64,000 bases of DNA from Caecitellus pseudoparvulus (Eukaryota; Protista; Bigyra: Bicosoecida), in NCBI GenBank assembly GCA_965644315.1, contig CBFFRQ010000066.1, positions 124,001 to 188,000 on the forward strand, in the 5' to 3' direction. A program made the position numbers and the translations under genes. Each line of letters opens with the position of its first letter. Position 1 is the stretch's first letter. The notes below the pieces were generated by a model. That model saw nothing but the letters and a program-made list of their open reading frames with translations. It searched no databases and was not told the DNA's origin. Shown in pieces: positions 12,062 to 23,000 of this stretch.

Positions 12062-14986
12062 ATGGACGAGTTTGGAGATGAAGCCTCTGCCATTCTCATG
12101 ATGTCACACGCGCCAAGAGCCCACGAGTTGGCCAGCAATGTTGAGCAGGCCAATGCCAGGACTGTTGCCAGGCGTGCTGGCGCCAGGCAAGACCGGGCAG
12201 CAGCAGCCAAGGCAGCGGAAGCACGCAAAGCCGAGCGACAAGCTCTGCGAGCCGGCATGGCAAAAGCGAACTCCATCCGAAGAAGAGCTGCTGAGGAGGC
12301 CCAAGCCAGCAAGCGAAGGGAAGCTCGAGCGAGGGTACCGCCCCGAGAGCAAGTCAAGGCCGGGAAGGCGAGTCCACGCAGTGCCAGAGCAGAGACAGGG
12401 CCGCAGGCAGGCTCCACATACTCGGCAAGCACACCCGCTCGGCATCACGACGCTGCAGTGTTGCCAGCCGCGTCCCCCCACCAGCCAGCCCTCCCCGCCT
12501 CCAAGGGGCCACACTCTGCTGCGCCAGACGTCGAGCCCATTTTCCCACCTGGCGCCGCCCCCGAGGTTCGATCAGAGGCTGCAAAGTCTCTTGTGAAACG
12601 ACTACGCGGTGAAGTCCGAGAGCGTGAGCGTCGGAAGCGCCTTGCAGCTGAGGCTGAGGCGGAAGCCATCCGCGTGGAAATGGAGCAGCTGGACAAACTC
12701 AAGGCAGCGAGGGAGGCCGCGGCTGAGAACAGGAAGCAGCAAGCGAAGCAAGCTCGCCTGGAAAAGGCCAACCGGAGACGACAAGAAGTTCAATCACGCC
12801 TGAAGTCGCTGAACAAGGGCAGGCGCCGGGATGTGCATGAGCCCAACCTGTCTGACGTGCATGAGAAGGGCAAGTATGGAAGCACGGCTGGCCAGCAACG
12901 CCTTGCACGCGCCAATGCTGAACAAGGCAGCCCCGCTGCTCCAGCTACAAAGTGGGAGTGGCGCCCCCCAGCTCCTGTGCTTCCCCGCGGGGACCCCATG
13001 GCAGGTGGACTGGCAGTGGCAGGCATGCAGCTGAGCGGCGTGTCCCAGTCCATCCTGGCCACAGCGGCAGCGGTTGACTCTGCTGTTCCAGCGCTGGCAC
13101 AGCGCAAGGCATCCCTGGCTGCCTTGCGTGCAAACTTTGATGGTAAGGCTGCGTCCTCCTCTGTCAGCACGCCGGGCTCGTACTACGCCCCGCAGCTCTT
13201 CGGCATGCACGCTCCGGGCAGTGCGAGGTTCAGCGAGGCCTCTTCTGATGGCACGAAGAGCAGGTCAGGGCAGTCACCCAGCACATCACCACTGATCCAC
13301 TTCTCTGCGGGCTACGTTTTTGATGCCAAGGAGCTGCCTGCCAGCATCTCGCCCAGCACGAAGGAGACTCCACGCATGAGGGCTTTTCATGATGCACAGC
13401 CTTCAAGAGCGACGCACAGTGCTCTGGCGGGGCTCCCTGCTGTCCCCAGCAGCGCTGCCCAGAGCCAACCGCCCAGCAGAGGCAGCTCTGCACGGCAACT
13501 ATCTCCTCTACAGCACCCTGTGCGCAGTCATCCGTCAGCTCTTGCTGAGCGTGCCGAGTCCTCTCCAGCCAGAATCATTGAAGCAGCAGAGTCATCCCGG
13601 CGTCACGGGGCGATATCCCCCTTCTCAGATGCTTCTGCCGATGCCTTCAGTGCCATTCAAGCACTGACTAGCACAGCCGCGCAGGCCCAATCTGCGTTGG
13701 CCCTTGACGAAGCATCAGCAAATCGCTCCAAACCCTTGCGTGGGCGCGCCAGGCGGCCGGCCAAGCACGCGCCGCACGCTAGTGTGAAGGAAAAGCCAGA
13801 AAAGGCTCCAAGCCAGCGGCCAGTAATTTCTCCTCTCCAGTCGCCCGAACGCACTAGCTCAGCCTCGCGAGCTGCGGTGCCTCCCCCCGCTCGACAGCAG
13901 TTTGAAGTGCTAGGCGGCTGGGGTGCGGAGGAGCGAAGCACAGAAGACCTCAGCTTCGCCGCTGAGGTCCACGAGCAACAAACTTTTGCACACGAGGAAG
14001 AAGCACATTCTACCGACAGCTCCCACCATTCCGCAAATGAGCCAGACTGGCGTCAAGCAACCTCTCCAAAGCCTGAGCAACATCGGCCTCCCTCGCCCCC
14101 AGCAGATGGGCACGGCGACGCAAGCGGCCAGTCTGAGCAGCAGCCAGACACTGATAGCAAGAGTGTGTCAAGCGATGCCACCGCTGCAAGTGGTCCTTCG
14201 CTCGTTGGAGCCCTGGCTCCAGATTCGACCTGCCCAACTGCAGTTCCAGCAGCAGCCAAGACCCAACGTGGAGGGAACCTACGCGTTTCCCAACGCGACT
14301 CGGAGCATCTAGCAAGGCGCGTAGCAGGCGAGGGGCCCCTTGTTTCAAAGTCCTCCACTCAGGGTCCGACGCTGACAGAGCTGTATGCGGTCGCGGCGGA
14401 GCTCAAGGAGGCAGCTGGCGAGGGCTCTGATAGTGACGAGCCTGAACCACCGGCATCAGCTCCCCCTCCAGCAGAGGACAAGTACGCTGGTATGTCAGAG
14501 GAGGAGAGGCGCTTGGCTTGGGAAGCAGAGGAACAACGTGCCAGGGATATAGCCCGGAATGTGGACTTTCTCAAAGTGCTCGCGGGAGACAAGCGGAACC
14601 TCGCAGCGTGGAACAAAACAAGTACAGGGCCTGAACAGCCAACCGTGTCCGCTTTCTCCGGAAAAGGCCACAGTCTCGGCTCAGCGCCAGCCACAGACGA
14701 CGAGCAGCCTTCCAGCCCCGACAGGGCAGCGCAAGAAAGGGCAGCCAAGGCGAGAGCAGCGCGTGCAGCCTTCTTCGAGCGCATGCAAGGCGGGCAAGAT
14801 TCCAAAACTCAAGACGCAGCGCCAAGGTCACGCTCCCCCGCAACACACAGCAGAGGCTCCACGGGCCACCCCTCGGAGCCTCCAAAACAGCAAACCCCAC
14901 AACAGCCGCGTGTCACAGTCACAACTGCTGTGCCATCGGCTGAGGACATGCGAGCGGCTCGCTTGCGCGCCCTCGGTGGTCAGTGA
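12062..14986 (+). CDS. Large low-complexity/coiled-coil protein with C-terminal SHP-box, VIM-like and VBM-like p97/Cdc48-binding motifs
   Basis: Uninterrupted ORF of about 974 aa from the first in-frame ATG (12062), rich in Ala/Ser/Pro/Arg. Motifs FSGKGHSLG, RAAQERAAKAR and EDMRAARLRAL. Confidence 0.65.
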   Translation: MDEFGDEASAILMMSHAPRAHELASNVEQANARTVARRAGARQDRAAAAKAAEARKAERQALRAGMAKANSIRRRAAEEAQASKRREARARVPPREQVKAGKASPRSARAETGPQAGSTYSASTPARHHDAAVLPAASPHQPALPASKGPHSAAPDVEPIFPPGAAPEVRSEAAKSLVKRLRGEVRERERRKRLAAEAEAEAIRVEMEQLDKLKAAREAAAENRKQQAKQARLEKANRRRQEVQSRLKSLNKGRRRDVHEPNLSDVHEKGKYGSTAGQQRLARANAEQGSPAAPATKWEWRPPAPVLPRGDPMAGGLAVAGMQLSGVSQSILATAAAVDSAVPALAQRKASLAALRANFDGKAASSSVSTPGSYYAPQLFGMHAPGSARFSEASSDGTKSRSGQSPSTSPLIHFSAGYVFDAKELPASISPSTKETPRMRAFHDAQPSRATHSALAGLPAVPSSAAQSQPPSRGSSARQLSPLQHPVRSHPSALAERAESSPARIIEAAESSRRHGAISPFSDASADAFSAIQALTSTAAQAQSALALDEASANRSKPLRGRARRPAKHAPHASVKEKPEKAPSQRPVISPLQSPERTSSASRAAVPPPARQQFEVLGGWGAEERSTEDLSFAAEVHEQQTFAHEEEAHSTDSSHHSANEPDWRQATSPKPEQHRPPSPPADGHGDASGQSEQQPDTDSKSVSSDATAASGPSLVGALAPDSTCPTAVPAAAKTQRGGNLRVSQRDSEHLARRVAGEGPLVSKSSTQGPTLTELYAVAAELKEAAGEGSDSDEPEPPASAPPPAEDKYAGMSEEERRLAWEAEEQRARDIARNVDFLKVLAGDKRNLAAWNKTSTGPEQPTVSAFSGKGHSLGSAPATDDEQPSSPDRAAQERAAKARAARAAFFERMQGGQDSKTQDAAPRSRSPATHSRGSTGHPSEPPKQQTPQQPRVTVTTAVPSAEDMRAARLRALGGQ

Positions 14987-14989
14987 GAC

Positions 14990-17900
14990 TGCCACCCTCA
15001 ATGCAAGCAAGTAAATCACTGAAGCAGGAAATTCCCCAAGCACGCACAACACAAGAAGCATCGGCATTGGCACAAGAGGAGCGGTCTGAACTCATTCTGC
15101 AACAAGAGCGGGACAATACCCACGTTCGATGCACAGACCAAGGCGCTATTGCAACAAGTAAAATCTGCACAATCCCCTCTTCTGCGCCAAGCGACACCAG
15201 AGCAGCAGACCAGAAAATCACCAACACCACGAACAAGCTACAGACTTAGCAGCAGAACAGCACTCACTCGAAAGCAGCAAGCAACACTTGATCCGTGGGT
15301 CGCTGGAAAGGATAACCTCTCCTATCCGGGCAATGTCTGGACCAAACCTAAAACCACTTCAGTGTGCCTCCACTCAGTGGAAACCCTTTTGCCTCTGAAA
15401 GGGAGAATCTTCAATCGCGACTTAGTCTGAAGCATTCGATAGGAAAGATTGTGTCGAAGGGTAATCGTGGATAACACGTACATTGGCGCCCAGTCTTCAC
15501 AGAAGTCAGTGCATCAAGGCGCCCAGTGTTTCTTCGAGGTCTCCTTGAACAAGTTACAAGTCGTTCGTTCGCAGTGCATTTTCCATACTCTGCGCTCCTT
15601 TATCCACCGGTAAAATGACAATCCTAGCAAAGCGTGTCCAGAATATGTTACAATTTCGTGATTCAATCAGTATGTCCAATGAAGTCCCTGTTCAACACTA
15701 GCCCTACGATACTGTACAGGTATCTTGTCTAACACCTCCGGAGCACGACTTCACACAAACTTTCATTCGAGCAGGCACAATCTATAGGGAACGGAAGGTA
15801 GCCAATCATAACAATAGAGCTTGCTTACCTTTCTTCCAGTTTTCCATGTCAGAGCAGCTGCTTTTCAGTAGTTTCCTGCTCGCTCTAGGCACAACATTTC
15901 TCAAGTAACTCGGCGCAATTCTGCATCCATTGTGCCGAAGTAAGAATACCAAACATATGAATGCCCGGTCTTTCCCAGAGCGTTTGCGAGGGTGCCCACA
16001 ATGCACTATTGTGCCTAAACTGGCTGCTCGCTTGGAATGGAAAGCAGCATTCTTGCGTGAAGCCGGCACTGCTTCGACGGCCAGTGGTGATAGATCTACT
16101 ATTTGTGCAACGTGCGCAAGCTTGTTCAAGTTTTCATCAAGCACTTGTATCCACTCCTTTGTGGCTGTTTGGAATTCTGCTGGCCTCTGACAGAGAACGC
16201 TGCAAGACTATGCTAGCTTTCAAAGGACACAGTACAGGCCCGTGTATGTCGCTCCTCAGCTACTCTTTTGCAACCAACACAGTGACCTCCCCTCGGCTTT
16301 GGGCGTTCTCGGTTTTTTGATAGTTGGACCTGCCGCTTGCAAAGTCGGCTCTTGCGGTATCTTGCTTGCTCTGCTTGACAGACCGACTTGTGCGGCTGTG
16401 CATGCGAACGAACGACGAAATATTTGTCATCCGTGGCCAAAACACCGGCTACAAGAATTGGTAGATGTATTTTGCCGTTCTTTTTCCATGGGAGGGAGTT
16501 TGCGAGGTCATTTGCCAGAGTTCGAGAGCGACCACATGGTTCAGTTTCCAGGCGATCCCACAGCTGACACATACAATTCTGCAAATCACCTGTCGAACGG
16601 CGCAAGTGAGATTCAATACGTGCTGATAGTTTGTAATGCCTCTGCTTGCAGATAAGAGCCCAGAAAGATTATCATGAGAAGGTCCTTAGAATTTCCAGGT
16701 TTGCACAGAAGGACTAAAGAATCGGCCAGTCTACATCCGTGATCCGGGAAAGATGTGCTTCTTGTGCGCTCTGATCATTGACTGTTTGTGCGGCGGGCCT
16801 GCCTATAGCCTCAGCACTTCTGAAAATTGAAGATTTTGTCCAGTCAACATAGTTTGCAGATGTTTGCATGAATTCTTAATTCTATCGGAACTGCCTAAAG
16901 GCTTTAGGGGGGAGTTGATTCATTTTTGATACAGCACCGTCGAATGGCATGGAACTTGACGCAGTGCCCCAGTGTGCGAAGGATGGAGTGATCTTTGTCA
17001 TGTACCAAAAGTCAGATGGACTTGCATGACAGCGTTTGAGTCGTTCAGAGAAGCTGAACTTTAGTATCGTAGGGTAGTCGTGGACAAAAACTTCCGCTAT
17101 CGTTCACCCTTAACAATGGTATGTGCATCAAAGTATCCAGTGCTTTGTCGGCTGTCAAAGAACGTGATGCATGTCCTTGGTGTCCAGTGCATCGTCGTCG
17201 TTCTAGACTCCAAGATTTAACGGCGGTAGTGGCAATGCATGTAAAGTGTGCCCAAGATACATGACAATATTCCAATGCAATCGGTACGTCCAATGCACTC
17301 CCTGTCCAATCCCACCCCTACAATCCTGCAGCATGGCAAATAATGCGTTGCAGCGCCGATAGAATAGGATCAGCTCCAGAATGTGCCGTCATGAGCTCGT
17401 TTTTGATCCAGCTGTGACTGTGTCAGAATGTTTGGCAGCCTTCGAACTCATGGTGTCCTGCGTGGAGCCTTGTCGCACAGGAGAATGGCTCTACATAGCG
17501 ATGTTGCAACATTAATGTTTATGTGGGGATTTTGTCCATGAAGAGCACATTTTTTGCAGTTTTTGGGCAGCAGGATATTTCTGTCCTCTGCTCTTCCCAG
17601 TGATACGAGGTTGAACTGATAGTGTCTTAGTCGTGGAAGGTTAGCGGCTTTCGCTTTGCCCTCGGGCGCCACACTTGTGTTGTGTTCGTTTGAACAATCC
17701 CTTTTAGGTTCGACCCTCCTTTGTACATGGTTGTCCATTGTGGCTCGGTTTGATCTGCGCCGCGTCGGTATGTGCATGACGTTTCTCAACGACTTACAGG
17801 CTCATTGTGGTGGAGGATACGTGGGATGGGAGGTACTGCTCGCTCTAGCATCTAGCATGATCCATGCCTCAGTGTATTTATCACTTGTACCTTCGTTTGA

Positions 17901-18070
17901 AAGGCTGCTGCGGGCTGATCATTTTGACTTGACACTCCCGTCCACAATGCGACATCACTGCATCATTGCTGAATGATGCAGTGGATGGGCGGTTCCATTT
18001 TCCACCCACACACTGGTACGGAGCAGATGTGGCGATGTTTATGTTGTTGCTCGTGCATCTGAGTGTTCAA
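14990..18070. other. About 3-kb lower-GC intergenic island with no recognisable ORF
   Basis: Sampled 60-nt lines are 40-45% GC versus 60-68% in flanking CDS. No ORF over 140 aa and none with recognisable homology. Other intergenic gaps in the window are under about 730 nt. Confidence 0.75.
17956..17983. repeat. Perfect 12-bp inverted repeat (hairpin) with 4-nt loop
   Basis: CACTGCATCATT-GCTG-AATGATGCAGTG. Confidence 0.8.
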
Positions 18071-18078
18071 GGGTCACA

Positions 18079-19095
18079 ATGAGCGGGAGCGGGGCAGGCG
18101 TGAGTGCGCTGCCGGGTGTCCGCCGCAGCTCGAAGGCGCTTCTCGCCCCATCAACCGATTTGCGCGCTCCTTTTTGCAGTACGACCTGTCAACTATCACA
18201 TACAGTCCTGATGGGCGGCTATATCAGCTGGAGTACGCTGAGAAAGCGGTGTCTGAGAGCGGGTAAGGCACGGCGTTTCGTGGCGTTTCGACTGACGTCG
18301 GCTACCACGCCTGCTTGCCTTGCAGGACTTCCGTGGGCGTGAGGTGCAAGGATGGCGTCGTCCTGGCCGTGGAGAAGATTCTCCCTTCGCCCATGATGGT
18401 GACGTCTTCTGACAAGAAAGTGCAGCGAGTGGCAAGCCACCTGGCGGTCGTGAGTTGCATGGCGTTGTGTGTGTGCCTTCGCACGGCGCTGCACCTCACG
18501 GGGAACCTCCTTTGCGTAGGCCGTGAGTGGAATTGCAGCGGATGCTCGTCAGCTAGTGAAGAAGGCTTCCGAGGAAGTTTCAGCATACAAGCGAAACTAT
18601 GCTGAGGACATCAGTCCCAAGGTCCTGGCCCAACGCCTTGCTGGCTTTCTGCATGCGTACACCTGCTACTGGTACCTGCGCCCGTTCGGTGCGAGCATAA
18701 CAGTGGCTGGATTGGATAAAGAGAGCGGGGAACATGAGCTGTGGATGGCTGAGCCGGATGGGACGGTCGCTCGTTACTTCGGCTGCGCATCAGGCAAGGG
18801 CACGCGTTCTGCAAAGACCGAGATTGAGAAAGGCCGGTTCATGGACAAGACATGCGAGGAAGCCCTGCCTGAGATTGCCCGCGTCCTGCACACTGTACAT
18901 GATGCTTCTCGCGACAAGCCATTCCACATGGACATGTTTTGGATCGGGGAACCGTCACAGTGGCAAGCAGTGAAGGTGCCTGCCGATCTGCTAGCTGCAG
19001 CTGACGCTACTGGCAAGGCCGCAGCGTCAGGCAGCGCTCCAGCTGGTTCTGGCCAAGCTGCGGAGGCCGACGAGGACGGCGATGTGGCGATTTGA
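18079..19095 (+). CDS. PSMA3: 20S proteasome subunit alpha7 (alpha type-3), 3 introns
   Basis: MSGSGAG|YDLSTITYSPDGRLYQLEYAEKAV, KDGVVLAVEK, SGIAADARQLV, HAYTCYWYLRPFG, GKG...AKTEIEK, VHD..RDKPF, acidic tail. Confidence 0.95.
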
Positions 19096-19115
19096 AATGC
19101 AATGCAGTGTTGCTT

Positions 19116-19756
19116 TCATTCAGGGGTACTGGAAACGATTTCAAGGGTGCTCTGGCCAGCCAAGAGGGAGTCGCCGGGTTCAAGCGTGACAGCATCCCCA
19201 GCAGTCAAGAGACCTCCCTTGAAAACCGTTCCGTTTGTGCTTCCTATGTCAGTGAAATGGAGCTGGCCATTCCTTACATCGAATCGGCCGTGCACTGTGG
19301 AGACTTCACCGTCCTCCGGGAGGCTGATGCCATTCTTCACGAACTGCTTTCCGGTACTCCGACCGAGTTTTGGGACCCGCCTCTTCTCATGTGGATGGAT
19401 GACATACTCCTCCCCGTCATGGGGGCCAGAAGTGCACTTGATTGCCACACGGAGTTTCTTCACCGTCTTGTCTACGACCGTTGACGGCGGCCCGCCCCGG
19501 TTTGCCAACGCTTGCAGTACCCGGCTTGCCTCTCGCTCATACTGCTCCTGAATGTCTTTAACATGATCTTCCGCTTGGCTTATCACTTTTTCGCACAGCT
19601 TGGTGCACAGAGTTTGCAGGTGCACGTGGACAGTTTGTGTGTGCTCTGCGAAACGCCGGTGTCACGCCACTTGCGCATTGGAACACGAATACGCCAGGCG
19701 GGCTAGCTAGCGTGCGCACCTTCCGCAGACGGCTGCTGTGTTGTTGTTGCTGACAT
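19116..19756 (-). CDS. FHA-domain protein; intron 19646-19719
   Basis: FHA signature LGRS..DGEVSTVHGRF..TDIGSTNGT..LEPGDSLLAG. An upstream exon MSATTTQQPSAE joins in frame via a GTGCGC..CAG intron. Confidence 0.85.
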
Positions 19757-20046
19757 GATGGGTTGATTCGAGGCGCTGGCACGCTTGCTCTGGGGCTCGG
19801 TGCCGCGTATTTGCTTCTGCGCCCGCAACGGATGGCTGGTGGCGCGGTGGCGCTCCTAGCTGCTGGATGCAGTCATGCGAAGTCCTATCCAGGAAGCGAG
19901 ACTCGGGCAGTGTGCTGAAGAAACTGTAGATTTTGGCGCACAAAGGCCCTGTGCAGCTTTATGGAGCGAAGCCCATGGCGGCTGAAGTCCAGGGTTGACA
20001 GAGTGGGTGATGGGGCACAGTGCATTCCTCGAGCTGAGCACAGGGC

Positions 20047-23000
20047 CTATTCCTCGTCGTCTTCCGCGATGGTTGAGAAAGGCGAAGCTCCGGTGGCAGC
20101 ACGCCCAGCCTCAGCGCGGAGCTTGCGCAGCTCCTCACTCTGCTCGAATACGCTCTTCCGTGAGTTGCGGTTCAGGCGTGCCTTATCCTGCGACAAATTC
20201 TCACCCCACCGGCGGAGGCGATCCGCCCAAGTGTCAGCAGCCGTTTGAGCCCTGGCGTGGTTGTGCTGCAGCATCTTCACCTCAGCTTCGTTTAAGCTGA
20301 TAGTGTGCTCCAAGTCATCAGCGCTCGCCGCGTATCTGGACGTGTCTGCTTGGGCAAGCAGTTCCTCAGGAACGGGTTTACCATTCTCCTGCAGCTGCTG
20401 TACCTGCGCTGCTGCTATTGACGCAGCTTCCACTGCAGAACGCTCTGCTTTGTTCGCTTCAAGCTCGGTGCGTTTCTGTGTGAGCTCTTGAGATAGCTGC
20501 TGCATGCGCATTTGATACTTGACATAGTGCTCGTTGGCCTCGTCGACCTTCTTCTCCCAAGAGTCAATGCGCTGTTGCATCGTTGTGCGGTACATGGCGG
20601 CATCGGCAGCAGCACTGGCTTCGGGAAGGTCCTGAAGCAGGTCAGCTTCTTGCATCATGCTGCTGCCCCGCCTGTGCCCACGTGAAGCTGCCGGAGAAGC
20701 CGGGAGGGCCTCTCCCCCGCCTGCTTCTTCTGCACCTTGCTTCAAAACATCGTCCTCTAGGCTCGCAAGGAATCGCTGCAGCTCAGTGTGCTTTGACAAA
20801 GCCCCCACAGAGGAAATCCTGGCGGGGAGAGTTCCCTCTGTCCACCGGCCATTCCCAGACACAGCCAATTCATCCTCGTCAACATCTGAATCGCCTGCAT
20901 CGTCGCGACCTTGGAGGGTCGCTCGGTCAACGCCCATGGCCCGGAGGGCGGTGACCTCCGCGGCAGCGGTTCGCCAGCGAGCCCCGCCTGAGCTCTTGCG
21001 CTGGAGGGACCGCGCAGCTTCCGCAGATTTGGAGGCGGCCTGCGCTTCCGCACGGGCCTTGATGCTCGAAAGCAGCTCAGCCACAGACTGCTGCACAACC
21101 CCACCGCTGGCAGCCGTGCCGGCACCCTCCCCATACTCTTCATCATCCTCAGCATCTGAGTCAGACTGACCCAGGGACAGCTGGCCAGATGCTGAAGCCA
21201 GTTGCTGGCCGATGAGGCGAAGCATTCGATGGAACTCTCCTTGGAAAGCAGGCAAAGCATCGTTGCTGAGGTCGTTGGCATTGACTCGAATGTGCGCAAG
21301 GGCATGCGCCAAGCACACGACAAAGTCCCCGGTCGACACTAAGCGAGAACGGCGAATATGCAGGGTGCGCGTAGCCGGGTCGAACCAATACACATGCCGG
21401 TAGGCGTTCCCTACGTAATTGTTGATCGGCAGCGAGTCGGCAACTTCGAGGGACACACCCTCCGGGGCTGCTGGGAAGCCCACAGCGCTCAGCAGTTTTC
21501 GGCCGACGAGCAAGCGCAGAGACTCCCGTGCGTTGAGGGACTCGCGAGGGACGACGCCCAAGTGCCCTTCAGGTGGTGGTGAAGTGACGTCCAGCCACAG
21601 CGAGGAAGCAGCGAGCGGATCGGCTCCTGGACCATCGGGCGATCCCGGGGCGGCAGCTGATGCTCTCGCTTGCAACTGCGAGAGGAGCGTGTCCATGGCG
21701 TTCAGTTTTCCCACGATTGCAGTGACCTGCGGGTTCTCTTCCACCAGCAGAGCATGCGAGGACTGCTGCCCTCGGAAGCTCTCACCCAGCGTTGCAGCGC
21801 TGCGAGCGCCTTGAAGGATGGACTTGGAGCTGCCTGCTTTGCTCAGCGTTTCAGGGTGGGAAGCTGCCTGCAGCTTGCTAACCGCATCTCGAACCTTGGA
21901 GGAGGTGCTGGTGTCACCTGCACCCCCTGCACCAGCGGCAGCTGCAGTGGCTTTCTGCCGAGCTAGCTCCTCCTGACGGCGCTGCTCCTCTGCCGCAGCG
22001 GCTTGTGCACGCTCCTCAGCTAGCTTCGCTGCGACAGCCTTCTCCTTCTTCCTTCGGGCCTTGGCTTGCCGCTTGGCTAGTTGGGCCTTCATTCGATTCT
22101 CTTGGGCCTTTTTCTGGGCTTCCAGCCTCTGCTCCTTTGCAGCCTGCGCAGCGTCAAACTCAGCCAACACCCGGTCTCGGTCTTCGTCAGCCAGCTCGTT
22201 GGCATCAGCGAGCAGCTTGGCTCGTGCCTCGGCAGCAGCTTGCTGCATGCGCTGTCGCTGTGCAGCCATCTGCTCTTCAGCTTGGCGGCGCCTTTCTTCC
22301 ATCTTTGCCTTCATGGCTTCCTCCTGGGCAGAGAGCTCAGCAGCCGCCTCTGCGTCCAAGCGCGCTTGCAGCGCCACTCGATCCGCCTCAGCCTTGGCGG
22401 CGCGCTCCTCTCTCTGCTGCTCAAGCTGGGCTTGAAAGTCGCGAAGCTTGGTGGCTTCGACCAGAGCAGCTTCTGCCTCCTTTCTGCGCTGAACATCGTC
22501 CGGCGCCACTTCAGCGAGGAAGGCCGCGGTCTCCTGCAGCTGCTGCTGCTTCAACTCTAGCTTCTGCTCAGCGTGCTCAGCTTCCAACTGCCTAATGATG
22601 GCTCGCTCCACTTCTGCGAGCTGTTCCGAGAAGTGGTCTTCAAACTCTTGCATGTGCGCCGAGACTTCGGCCTCCGTCGCGCCAATGGCCTTCAGCTGCG
22701 CGAGGGTGTCTTCACGGGCATCGGCTTTGCCATCCAGCATGTCGCCTAACGCAACCTTGAGATGCTCAGACCGTTCCTCCATTTGGTGCTTTAGCATCTC
22801 AGACTGCTCCTTTTCGTGTCGCTTCTTCATGATGGCTTCAACAGCTGCGCCTGCCGTTTCTCGTGTGACAAGGCTGTCACCTCTCGCGAGCAAATCGCGC
22901 ACAGCTTGCAGCTCATCTTGAGTCTCGGCTGCACTGACCAGCGAAGCAAGGGCAGCTTCGCGGCGCTTGGCGATGTCGGCTTTCTCGCGAGCTTGTTTGC

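Noticed and set aside
15320-15810. Minus-strand frame containing 'SRAPEVL', resembling kinase subdomain VIII or a recoded-stop gene
   Set aside because: No other kinase motifs, several stops in the frame, and neighbouring genes use TGA, TAG and TAA as normal stops.
15149-17976. Short ORFs (60-137 aa) in the low-GC island as genes of an intact transposon or endogenous virophage
   Set aside because: No transposase, RT, integrase or capsid motifs, no long terminal repeats or target-site duplication seen, and the ORF lengths are what chance gives.
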